Below are positions 10,001 to 22,454 of a stretch of DNA of 64,000 bases, piece by piece; within the stretch, counting starts at the first letter, position 1; the number at the start of each line of letters is the position of its first letter. A program made the translations under genes and the position numbers. Origin of the DNA: Catajapyx aquilonaris (taxonomy: Eukaryota); the NCBI GenBank assembly GCA_000934665.2, contig KZ537981.1, positions 1-64,000 on the forward strand, written 5' to 3'. The notes below the pieces were generated by a model. That model ran no database searches. It was not told where the DNA came from and saw nothing but the letters and a program-made list of their open reading frames with translations.

Positions 10001-13000
10001 AGAGCCCGGAGAGGGTTGCGAGATGAGGCTGCCCTCCGCTTTTGAACCTGCACGCTCCTTCGCTGGACCAACCTGCAAACATTACAAAGTTTGGGAGAAT
10101 AAAGAACCATCAGGCAAAATCTGAAAAACGTACAATTCACTCCTTTCAGTCACGACATGTTCAAAAGCATCCTCCTTGACCTCCATTCGCTCCTCTCTGA
10201 GCCCCGCAACGCTGCTGAAGAATTGACCGAACTCCTCGTCGAAAATACTCGGCACCGCAACCACCTTTCTTGGCGACGGCTTATCCACTACGACTGTCTG
10301 AGTAACATTGACAGGTTCGTCAGGTGCCGACACGCTCCTCCTGGGCCTTGGTGGCAAGGGAAGCTCGTCCGGGCGTCCCATCACAATAGAGGAAGTGATC
10401 CCCCGGGTGCGGACTGGCTTCGGCTTCGTAACATAGTCCGCCGCAGTCACCAGACCCGCCTCCACCATCTTCCCAGCAACGGTGAAGCGGCTGGCATCTG
10501 AAACGGATCGCCTCTTGCGCCATTCCTCGCTGGCAACCTCGAGCTGGTTTTTGAGGTCCGCTATGTTCTTCTTATTCTCCGGTGACTACAAAAAAAAGCC
10601 AGAAAATCAGTTGATGAAGCAAAGGTTCTTTCGCTCAAAGCATGAACCTTCCCAGCTGAATTTTCATAATTCGTACACAAGCTGCTGTTCTCAATTGGCT
10701 AGTACAGTACATACCCAGTACTTGATTAGATATGCAACAATGCATGCAACCCCGAGGGCACCGAGAGCCCATACTTCCGACCACCCTGGCATCTCGGATC
10801 TAACAGGACGCGGCCACTTCCTAGCCCGCACATCCTGTGGTTGCGGAACATAAAAGCCACAAAGTCAACACTCACCTCTGGCGACACTTCATTGTCGTCT
10901 TTGTTATCAGCGGTGCCAATTGACGACAGCCTCTGGTTCCAGCTCTCCTTGTGCTTGACCAACGCGGCCAACCTGCGTGTGGATTTGGGATTAGTACACC
11001 GCACTTAGCTGCTTGTATAACCGCAATTACCTGTCTCGAATGCTTCCACCTTCGCTGGCAGCTTCAACCTCCATATCTGTCAGGGGCTGCGTCATGCTTC
11101 GTCGTGACAGCCTCCTCTCGACCTGCCTCGGCGACAAGCTGGCCCTTAAAGGAAGCTGCTCCGTGCCGGATGATCCTTGTGCAGCATAATTCAAGTCCTC
11201 GACGCCGCCTCCTCTGGACGACACCTGCTCTTGGCTCCAACTGAAGAGAACACAGAAGACGTTAGCGCAAAGACACTACAATTTCTCTGCACGTTCAACC
11301 CCGCAGTAATACCCAAATCCAGACAAGCTAATTTGGAAGGTGCATATGGAAATGAGCTCAGCCTCTGTCTGGCCAAGGCCAAGTATTTTTCCTGCCTCTC
11401 AGTTTACATAATCAACCTTTTTTTTTTTAGTTGCTACAACTCAGCCCAACTGCCATGCTGTCAATAGATGACTGCAAAATCTCTCCTCAGAACCGCGAGA
11501 CACTTTCGCATTTTTGGGAAAGCGACAAGTAGTCCGCAAAGTACACACAAGTGGGTTGTCACCCTGCGGTGGCGACGCATTTTTTAAAACGCAAAAAAGG
11601 AGGCCCAAATCCAAAGTTATCTCTTGGCAAAGGTCCAAAAACGAGGGAGGTCCATCCGAGGATATAATTGCAAGGCCCCAAAAAATAAAATAAAAAAGTG
11701 CGCGACACTTTAAAACTAAGTACTCAATAATATCTTGTTACACTTGCTCGAATTAAACCTGTAGACTGTGTGGTGTGCAACCTTCAGTGTCCGATTTGTC
11801 GTGCCAAAGAATCTTGCAAATATTTTCGCACGCTTTCACCCCAAACGTAGGATTCACGGATTAATCCCCCGCTTCATTGCACAAACCGCCGAGAATTTAC
11901 CAACACTTGTCAGATCCACGTAAATTGCTTTAAAAAAATTGGCGTGCCAATTCTGCCCATAGGTAACGTTTAAAATCATGCTAAATCCACAATTGAATTA
12001 CAATAGTGGGGAAAAAATTATCAGATTTTTGCCCTTGTGTGATATTATTGTAAGTGAAGATTACCCCTTTTATCATTTAATCTACAAGTTCCGCATTTTT
12101 TGCACTGAATTGGCGTGCCAAATCTAGCCGTAAGTAGTTGCAAACTCGCTTAAAATCCGCCTAAATCCACTGAAACAATAACAGTGGTGAAAAGGCCATC
12201 ATATTTATAACCCATTTTGCAAGTAAAGACTATTCGTTTTTATTATGCGACTGACAAGTTCCGCACAAAAATTTTTGCACTGAATTGGCGTGCCAATTCT
12301 GCATTTTTTCGCAAATTCGCCTATAAATCAGTTACAACAGTCACATTTATGAACGCATTGTAAGTGAATATTTCGACTTGTCAAGTTCCGCTAAAAATAT
12401 TTTTGCACCAAACACATTTCCGTACCGGTACCGCACGCACACGTGTGCATTGAAAGTCCTTCACCCGAATCAAAAGGTATAAACTGACAGGTGTCAACCG
12501 TAGCAGCATTTTAGAGGTCGTTCACACTGCGTCCATATACAAACTAGACCCGATTCACACCCGGTCCACTTACGATCACAATTTCGGCACAGTTTGAGCT
12601 GTTCACCTGCTTTTTTTTTTAGCGATGAGTCACCCAGTGGTGCAAGCAACACACAGGTGTTTTCCAGTGCACACAGCACAGCACCGAGCAAAGTCGACCC
12701 CGATACTCCTCAACCGAGAGGCTCAACTAACTGTACTTTTTTTTTTTCGGCCTATGAGTGTGTGTGTGTTGGAGAGCGTGTGGTCGTAATAATAATAAAA
12801 GGGGGCCCTCTCCGACTGCTGCTGGGTTGTGTACAAGAGCCAGCTGGACTGGCTTCTCCCCCCCAGCACAACAAACCCCCCCCCAAACACCACCCACCCG
12901 AGTCCAGCAGAGCGTGGGAGTTAGTCCTTCCAAGTGACGTCAGCACAAAATTGATGGTCCATTAAGAAGAAGTACAGCACCTTCCATATAATACAGGTCA

Positions 13001-16000
13001 TGCCCAATTACACCTCATTTTCGCACCTTTCCCATTCAACATCTTGTCATGTTAATTAGTCTAGGGATTACACCCCTTTTGATTGCACGACCCTGGCACG
13101 TCACTTTGCCTCTAAAACGGTACTCGCGAATTATTTTTTTTTGCATTGTTAGGTACTGTCCTACTCTCCTGAAATAATATAGAGTTGGCTATAGGCGTGA
13201 CTCTGTCCATGTTGGGGAGGAGCCTATTCGCCAACAGGTAAGTGGCACATCGCACTACGTTCACAACTGGCAAGGCGATTGTTGCTTCTAGCCAGTTGCT
13301 AGAGTGAGCCCAATCGGTATACATTAATCGTGCAAATAATTCCGTTTCGCAATTAATGATCCTCATCCTGTTTTTTGCACACCGCAAATATAGCTCGGGC
13401 TCTTCCTTCCTTCTCTCAACAGTCAGTCTGGGGGCAACGCACGTATATTTGGCCCACCCTTTAAAAAAAAAAAACAGGGGAGTAATTATACTCACTCTGA
13501 AGACAAGACAGCAATAAATACATTTCGCGAGCCAACTTGGGTGGCTTATTTTTGGGGGGGAAAGGTTTTACAGCCCCCCCTATCTCTGGCTAAGGTGAAA
13601 GGGTCATGCACCCGTTATATCCTCATATATTTGGCGAGCAGAAAAAAAATTCGCCAATTTTAAACATTACCAAGTTGCTGAAGCCTGTTGCAACACTGCA
13701 CCAAATCAATCACTGTCACATTGAGGCTGGGTTGCATAAACGATGGTAAATCATTAAGTAATTACTCCTCATCAACTCGCATCTAATGAGGCAACTCATA
13801 CACCAATTGCATATTTGCAACCTGTGTTAAGAATTGGTACATTGTATGCTCAATGTTCACTCAAGTGCAAACGCAACTTACCTGGTACTGCCAGTGAATG
13901 ATTCACAGTCTGTCGCACTAATCACAATCTAATCAGGTCGTCTCAAAGGATCGAAAACGGCAAACGCAACAAAAAAGATATGGCTTAATTGAGGCTACGC
14001 AAACCGCACCGATACGTGCTGTACACACACTCACATCCCGTGCACATGCAAACACTGAAAGGCCGAAGCACCCCAGTGGAGTAATTGGCCTGATCTTTAA
14101 GTGGGCTCCAAGGCTGTGCCACAGCAGGCAAGAATGGTCCTCAAGAATCAAGGAAGTGTGTTACAGGGGGGGAGTAACCCTTTCTCTCTAATAAACACAG
14201 CCTACACGTACGCACACCCGGCACGCACACACGAAAAAGGACGATTTGCAGATGAACGGAGAGCACTTTGGGCAGGCAGTTTCCTCCTGGCGAAAGACGC
14301 ATGCGGATGCTTAGAGAGTGTTGCCAGTTATGCACGGCTTGAAAGCGTGGCACACATCTGGCCGTATTCTTTAAGTGGCCACACAACAGGTGGCACACAT
14401 CACACATGGTGCCCGCAATTCAAAAGTACGAGCAGGCAATTAACAACCGGTAACGATGCTATATGCCAAAAATAATCAAGCATGCTCCAATTCTGCTGAA
14501 ATTGTCAGTACCAAGCAGTGCAACAGAAGAAAAGAAAAGAAAATTCCACACCTGAGGATCAGTCACTTTCAACATCCAGCCATTGCCTTTTCTTACACAT
14601 ACGAGTAATCAACACCCTGCTGAATTAATTTGAATTCGTTCGGCTCTTTCAAGTGCGAAGGCCACGTCTGGAATTCGACAGCTCGCTTCAGCCAAATTGG
14701 CAATATGCGATGCTTTGAGAGCTAATTTTAGACTTCAAGTCCACAAAGTTGGCCAAATGAATACATAACGATTTTGGATCCTTGCCTTGCACCCATTGCA
14801 CACTGTTTATGGCCAAATATGTAAACACACCTGGCAACATGCAGATAACTCACCCGACTTCCTTCCTCCGCATGGATGCCGTGAGCCGCCTGGCAACACC
14901 CTCGTTTCGGATTATCCTCCTGACTTCCCTTCCACCGGAGGAGGATCCCGTGTCCTGGTCATCCATCTTTTTGGGAGGTTGGCCCGCCTTATAGTCCCGG
15001 AATGCGTCTAGGATAGCGTCATCTGGGCCGGAGAGTGACCCGGAGGAGGAGCCACCAGAATCAGAGATGGGCGCTGGAAACTCGGCCGACTCCGGCTTCA
15101 GGATGGACCTCAGCTCTGGTAGTTCTGGGCTGCGACGATTCCGCAGGGCACTCCGGAGCAGCCCCGGACTTTTATTTGGTTCAGGGTCGGACCTGACCAC
15201 TAATATGGACTTCACCTCGTTCTTATCTGCGTCTACCGAAATAATTAGTGATCATCCACATCTACGCAGCAATGAAAACACAACAAAGTGGATCTTACCA
15301 TCACACCCATTGACCTTTGCTTCCTCGTTGACCTGACCCAGTGATGGCCGCCTTCTGGCACCGTCAAGTGGCTTTGGATCCAGCCGATGTTCCATTATCT
15401 TTTGGTTGAACAGCTTCACCCTCTCGGAAAGTGGAAGTGCTGACGGCTCTTCACCGTCACCGGCTCCGAATGACAGCCTTGCTGCAACCTGCACCTCCTC
15501 CGTTGTCACAGGCTGGGTTGCAAAACGTGCCGACCTGTCCCTCCTCTTCGGGCGTGTACCGGATGCCGCTGCCGAGTTCTCCTGCTCCAAACGTAAGAAG
15601 AGCGAGGCTCTACGCATAACACTGGACTGGCATACAGACTCCACCTCCTCCACAGCCTCTTCCACAGTTGGTTCCGGCTCCAGATCACTCTGCATGGCAC
15701 GCCTCATCCTCAGGATTGAACCCAACTCGCCGTCAACCTCAGCTTGCGTCTTCAGTGATGAGCGCCTCTTCAATATGCTGTGAAGTTGTGGCTCAGGTGC
15801 TGACCCGCTTCTGGCCCTGTGACCCTCTTCCTTCAGTATTGGCTTTGATATCGGAGACGGCGAGTTTGAAGGAGGCAGAGGCTCCTCCTCCGAAGCCCGC
15901 TTCTTCAGAATGGGCTTTGGCAGGTCGAAATCCGCCGCATCTTCGCTGCTGCTCTTCTTCTTGAGTATTGGCCTCCCTTGTGACTGGTGTCCGTTTGTGA

Positions 16001-19000
16001 CCGGATTCGGCTGGTTGAGTTCATCCCTCAGAGTGTCCGTCTTCCGCTTCAGTATGGAGTGTGGCTCCTCCAACGAAGCCCTCCGCTGCTTAAGAATGGG
16101 CTCAGGTGATCCTATCCCTGCTCGACTATTTCCAGAGAAGCCGTCCTCATCCAGACTGACTCGCTTCTTCAGGATCCCGCCCACTCCCGGGGACATTGCG
16201 TTGCAGACAGCTGCCATGTCGGCCTGAAATAAAATCAGCAGTAGACTTCAATGGCTTTCCACCTAATCCACTAATACCACCCTGTACTTGGCATTCACCA
16301 AATATATTTTGCAATGCATGTCACTGTTAAATGTGTGCATGACTGGAGCTAATCAATCGAGAAACAACCTTCAAATAAAGAATGAGATTCAGTCTAAACG
16401 CAGCACAACTTTAAACTGATTTTTTTTTTAACAATTCTGTTTACGGTTGATCCCCGATGAACTAATTGACGCAGCTACAGCCAATGCAAAGTGGCCTTTG
16501 CTACTTTCTAAAATGGGGTCAGCGGCGTGAAACCTGTCTATAATAAACAATCATGTACGTTCCCACCGCAACCTGTTATTTAAGTATGAAACATTGCCCC
16601 CCGTGGCCTTTTCTGTAACGATGCACATTAGAAGGTTTCGCAATGCTGACCTTTTCACAATCCGCTAACCAAATTATGACACGCGCCATTTCACAAATAT
16701 CCTGCCCAGAGGGATTAACCATATGTTCTGAGACACACTGTCATAACATGTTCAGTATGCTTGAACTATTACGATGGGACCATTTGACCAATCAACTCCC
16801 CCCACACTAATTGAAGGTCAAGCATTGCACTGTGCTAATGAGACCTCCTGCGATACAACGCATTAATGATTCACATTAGCAAGGAGCTACTTTACGTACT
16901 ATGTAAATACGATGGTTACAGTTGCTGGATATATATCCCACTTGCACTTGCACCACGCACATGCGTCTCTAAACAGAGAGGCGGGCCACCTGGGACTGCA
17001 GCAGCCGACGCTCTATCCCGCGACCTTGACTTTGACACCCCTGACCCTGACCTCGCTCCCCCAGCGTCATTACCTGCTCGGGTGAAGGTCGCCTCTTGAG
17101 GATCGATGGCGGGACGGACGACGACGCCACCGACGCCGCACAGGCGCTCCCGACGCCCGGCTCGTTCCTGGTCTTGAGGATGCTCGACTGGGCCCTGGGC
17201 AGCACCAGGGGCTGATGGTGCCTCTGACTGCTGGCCCAGCAGGCCTCCTCTGAGGATTCAGTCAGTCTCTGGACGCGGTCAGCCGTGTCCCTAGCCACCG
17301 CCGACAGCGTCTCCAGGCGTCCAGCCAGCTCCTCAGACGACGACCCAGTCGCCCTCGCTGCAAACAACGTGTCAGTCACACAACCCGCCCACTCAAAACT
17401 AAAGCCAAATTGAACAATACGAGCCCAAGTCCGAGCGAGGAAATGGGCCACATGATTCAATGGGACCAACCTGGCGAGAGGGTCTTGGCATCCTGCGTGG
17501 GCGATGACGACAGAAGCGAGAGTGACCTTGACCTCAGGACGGGGGGTATCTCCGGTCGAGGGCTGACCAGCGACCCGCCCCTGTCCCGCCCGCCCCCGGG
17601 TCGAGGAGGGGTCGGACTGGTGCTGGTGCTGACCACATCCGGACCAGCACTCTGAGAGACACCGCTGCTGACCTCAGTCGACGACCCTGACCTCTTCCGC
17701 CTCTGCCGTCGCCAGTTGTCATCTGAAACAAGTCACGAAACACCGGCGTCAACAACCACTGACCGCAGAAGAAGGGCGGTAACCGCGAAAAGAGATCCAC
17801 ATCTCTTCTCCGCAAAGTTCCGTGACCGTCGCGCAAACCTTTTTCGCATTAAAAAAAAATAACATTAATAAAAAAAAATCCGCACGTCACCCAACTTCCG
17901 GTCATGTCGACAAGTTTGTCGACCCTACCACGAATTTACCATCACGACATCTGAAGTGTTCCTATCGCTATCAATACCTCCGGGTGGAAAATGAAAGGTT
18001 CATTCACACGGTACAAAAACTGGACCGGGTCCGAACCCAGTTCACTTTGGTTGGCTGGGGAAGTCGCCAACCCAACTGCTCTGGGCAAATTCTTAAAGGC
18101 ATGTGTTTACGCCCTCGCGATTTGAGCCTCGGTCGCACGACCAGATGCTTTGCGACCGACAAAAAATCCGCACGACCAGACGATTTGCGATCGACAAAGA
18201 GTCGCACGACCAGGAGCCATATACTCATCAAGGTCACTCGCAATCGACAAAGTCGATTGACGTCAAAATGACGTCGCCAATGCCGACCAGGGCAGGGGGA
18301 GGAGAATTGGCGACGTCATTTTGACGTCAATCGACTTTGTCGATTGCGAGTGACCTTGATGAGTATATGGCTCCAGATGCTTTGCGACCGACAAAAAAAT
18401 CCGCACGACCAGACGATTTGCGATCGACAAAAAGTCGCACGACTTTCGACCGACAAAAATCGCACGACCAGACGCTTTGCGGCCTACAAAAAGTCGTGCG
18501 ACTTTGCGACCGACTTTTCCTGCTGGTTGCTAAGAGTCTGGTCGTGCGACCGAGCGTAAACAGGCTTTTACGAAACCAAATCGCGCACAACGACCCAACG
18601 ACGAACGACCTTCGTGTGAACCCAGCGACACTGTCCATATACTGGTTTCCGCGGTACCTCCTCTGGCCAAATACGCGACGCAGCTCCTGCTCCGTCTCAT
18701 ATGTCTCCTAGCACGAAACACTGAGGTCCAACAGGTGTCGGCCACATCCATCCCAAGACTTCCAAAAAAAAAAGAAAAAGGAAGCGACAACATTTCCTGC
18801 TGCCCGCAACCAAGGTGTGACCAAGACCAGCAGTGTCCAATTACATCTCACCTGCATGCTAATCGCCCCTCCCCCACCACCGCGATGCATGTAAATTACT
18901 TGCGCACTCACCGGAAATGCACGACCATCCTTTGCCCATGGCTGGTCACGGTCAGGTCGCCGACAAATGCCAGCAAGTAGCCGCATCTTTATTTACTAAA

Positions 19001-22000
19001 AACGTGGTGACTATACTTCGTATGCGTCATGTGAACGGTACTTGTGACGTGTCCTATCGATAAAGTCATGTTTCTCACACATGTCCATGGCTTATTGTTT
19101 ACCCCAGCAACCAGTGATTTTGCTGCTTCCCTGACCTCCGACCCTATGCCCAAAGCAGCCTTCCAATCGGACCAATCAGAGCCAGGCTGCTGTCTTACGT
19201 CTGTCTCCGGAATGCAGCTGCACAGGAAGAGTCAGGAAGGCAGCCTTGGGGGCCCCGTTTCTTTCACTTTTTTTTGTGTGTGTGCGCCCTTCCTCACACC
19301 CTGTACAGTGGGAAGGACACCCTCTTCTTTCTCACAACACAAATCTGCCCAGTTTTGTACCCATTTACTGCGCGATTAGCTATCGTGCTGGGCATTAAAT
19401 GGCGTGGCGCCACAATCCGATGGCTGCAAAAGAGCGAATCGACATTTCCCCTCCGTATGACCGCTTCTATACTTGGTACCGCAAACGTCATCCGGTCTGA
19501 CACCCCCCCGGTACTTTACGAGCAAACAATAAATCTACTGACCAATTATTGCTTCACCGAGTCCGATGACTCCGATGGCAGCTGCTTCGACCTCCTCTTC
19601 ATTCATGGACCGGTTGAGATTGGACTTCCTCTTCCCGCTCTTGTCCTTCTCCTGCTTCTCCTTCCTCCTGACCACGTCGCCGTCTCCAACTGCTGGAAGG
19701 AGGCGTCCAGAGGAACCGTTGCTGTCCGTGGTCGCACGTCGTCGCACGTTGGACGCTGCGACGATCTCAACAGGCGGCGAAGATCGCTTCCCAATCCTGG
19801 CCGGGTCTGTGGATAAAGGCATTGTTACGCCCTCACGATTTGAGCCTCGGTCGCACGACCAGATGCTTTGCGACCGACAAAAATCGCACAACCAGACGCT
19901 TTGCGACCGACCAAAAATCCGCACGACCACACGCTTTGCGATCAACAAAAAGTCGCACGACTTTGCGACCGACAAAAAATCCGCACGGCCAGACGCTTTG
20001 CGATCGACAAAAAGTCGCACGACTGTGCGACCGACAAAAAATCCGCACGACCAGACGCTTTGCGATCGACAAAAAGTCGCGCGACTTTGCGACCGACAAA
20101 AAATCCGCACGGCCAGACGCTTTGCGACTGACACAAAGTCGTACGACTTTGCGACCGACTTTTTGCCTCGGTCGATGGTCGTGCGACCGAGGCTTAAATC
20201 GTAAGCAGCATCTTATACCTGGTAGATGAGCGCCATTTCTGCCGGATGCAACTGTGGACGATGCGGCGGCGGCTGCTCGTAGACGAGACGTCCTTGTGCT
20301 TCGGACACCGGACATCTCCTCAGAGCCGGAGCTGTCTCTTGTTATGTACCTGCGACGGGGCTTACCATCGCTCGTTGTCGTCGTTGCCAAATTCTCATTC
20401 GTTGGACCAGCCGTCTGAGCCTTACCATCTCCATTCGTAGCCACCTAAATGTTCCAAAAATGTATACGGGGTCAACGTCTCTATACGTCTACGAGCATTT
20501 ACCTGAGCTTGGCCTGAACTCCTGGTAGCTGTAGGACCATCTTTGTGTCGATGCCTGTGGTGCCTTAGATCCCTGGAGCTGGACAGTTCCTCGCTGGACG
20601 ACCACTCTCCATGGATCGCCGCAAACTGACGCCGCCTCTCCTCCTGCCAACAATGATCACATATTGTCCATCAAGCTGCATTCAGATAATTTCGGACGAG
20701 GCAACCAACATTTCTTGACAAATGCTGTCAGTTGACCACTCCAATAATTAAATCGCGTGCTTTGTGATTGACGGCGTGTCATTTAGTGCGCCCCATTGTG
20801 TCGTAATATGTACTACAACTATTAATAGGAAATCGATTGTTACAAAGTGTCACTGACCTTGTACCGCCGTATCCTTTCCACCCTCTCCCTGTCAGAGCCC
20901 GAGGTGTCTGCGGAGGCGGAGTTGGCCTCGGGGCGACGCAGGGGCGGAGAGCAATCGTCCCTCCGGGTCGAGTTGCGCCGGGCTGACGAACCCGGGCTGC
21001 CCCGGGGAGCCCTGGGGTCACTGGAAAGGGGGTCAAGCCACATTGAACCCAAATTTCCACCAAGCTGATTAAATCCAGATTTAACTTAAGCCGTGCAAAG
21101 GGTGACAACCTCCTTTTTTTTACTTTAAAAAAAACAAGTGGGCGCCTGCATAATTAAACTTTCCCTTGATTTACATTTTCGCGGGGAAAAAACACTGCAC
21201 CTTCGTAAATATTGCATGGCAGCCACCTCCGCCAAAATCCCGGATTTAGCAAAAAGTGCTTCCTCTGCCTTGCAAGCCATCATCAACTTCTCCCCCGATT
21301 ATTTTTAGTGTACACAGGGTGGTCCAAGGATGCAGCCGACAAGCCACGAATATTGTTGACATGTCCCCCCACGACTAATTTCTAGGCCCTCCGCAACCAG
21401 CATGGTGTACTTCAACATTATCCGTATATGTACTGTCAACAAGCAAGAAGATTGTCGTACTAATACTTTTCACGTGTTGGCCCATGCACAAATATTTTTT
21501 GAACCGGAAACTTGCAGACCTTTCTGCTTATTAATAAGTCGTCCTTCGATGCACACGTGCTCAACATTTTGTAAAAACAAACGGCCGTCCTAATAGGGGG
21601 GGGGTGTAAACACCTCGCTTTTGATTGCACGAAGGCTGCTCACACTTCTGTTAAAGGGCCCCCATTGTTTCTAATCAGTGGCCTCAGGACTCGAAATATC
21701 CGGGTTGGCGATAATGAAAGTGCCGACCCCCTCAAAAATTCCAGCAATTAGTCGAGCGAGCAATGGCCAGTGCGACATGCAATAACAAACAATATTTGTA
21801 TAGCATTTTTGGTCACTCACCTCAGCCTGCCCATGGCGATGACGGGGACCTCCTGAGGCAGCACACCAGCTTCACATGATTCCGGCTGAGTGTCCCTACC
21901 TGCAACAAACAAGCACACACACACACAAAAAGAAATATAGTAATCACCGGGGAGGGTGCATGCGTTGTGTCTACTTTAGTACAGCCCCCTTTTCCTCAAG

Positions 22001-22454
22001 CATGCGCGCTCTTTCAAGAACCTCTCAAACACACACACAAAACATGCAGTGTACAGACGTCATACACTCTGTGGGGGCCATAATATCCGCTCCAATTCCG
22101 GTCCCCCCCAAAAAATTTTAAAGCCGCACGTCACACTTTCATGCTTTTATTGCAACGGTTGAACGGACCTGCATCGGCAACACGGAATCACGCACCGACT
22201 TAAACGCCTTCTTCACCCTCAAAGAGAGTCGTGGTTTGAAAACCGCAAGTACCGCGAAGAGAACGTCACGTGTGTATTGCCAACCGTCATGGGAAAAACG
22301 CTCGTGTTGGTTACAGTGCGCATTCCCATGTATAAGGGTATGGCCTGTACTGCAAGGTATGCACAATGCACCTGAACTCGCGGTGACGTTCGCGCCAACA
22401 ATTGAACCTACCTGTCACTACTTGACTGCAGCTCCTCATGACCGCACTTGACAT
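7003..22454 (-). CDS. Svil: Supervillin (gelsolin/villin family, C-terminal villin headpiece), proximal-start isoform, ~2031 aa
   Basis: Phase-consistent exons: 22412-22454, 21821-21899, 20858-21020, 20503-20643, 20219-20444, 19543-19806, 19199-19217, 18658-18707, 17471-17722, 17074-17357, 15299-16223, 14854-15232, 11031-11240, 10876-10972, 10134-10585, 9912-10072, 9416-9856, 9092-9359, 8557-9035, 8187-8338, 7777-8125, 7146-7720, 7003-7089 (6096 nt, divisible by 3). Supervillin hallmarks: [70 protein letters not shown] and the headpiece [25 protein letters not shown]...[16 protein letters not shown]. The small 5' exons are less certain than the gelsolin-core exons. Confidence 0.93.
11790..12410. 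repeat. ~170-bp tandem repeat (about 3 degenerate units) in a Svil intron
   Basis: aattggcgtgccaa recurs at ~11937, 12108 and 12283; caagttccgc recurs at ~12086, 12256 and 12382. Confidence 0.8.
18093..18570. mobile_element. MITE/foldback element with internal tandem repeats (copy 1), interrupted by a nested MITE
   Basis: The left end taaaggcat..gtttacgccctc.cgatttgagcctcggtcgcacgacca is shared with the copy at 19814, and the right end tggtcgtgcgaccgag is its inverse. Internal units are tttgcga(c/t)cgacaaaaa.tc(c)gcacgac. Confidence 0.8.
18214..18373. mobile_element. 160-bp palindromic MITE, 68-bp perfect TIRs, 3-bp TSD (CAG); PIF/Harbinger-like
   Basis: 18214-18281 is the exact reverse complement of 18306-18373, and cag flanks both sides. 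Removing the element plus one cag restores the host repeat cgcacgaccagatgctttg. Confidence 0.9.
19814..20215. mobile_element. MITE/foldback element with internal tandem repeats (copy 2)
   Basis: TIRs acgatttgagcctcggtcgcacgacca (~19836-19861) and tggtcgtgcgaccgaggcttaaatcgt (20176-20202) enclose about 10 alternating 26-35-bp units. Confidence 0.85.

Noticed and set aside
19850..20160. Regular short repeats resembling a CRISPR array
   Set aside because: There are no unique spacers and no cas genes; the array lies in a eukaryotic intron and is bounded by TIRs.
19566..20229. Several 87-212-aa ORFs with repeated CDRQK/ATDKK units
   Set aside because: They come from the MITE tandem repeats, which lack stops. 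Only 19543-19806 and 20219-20444 are exonic.
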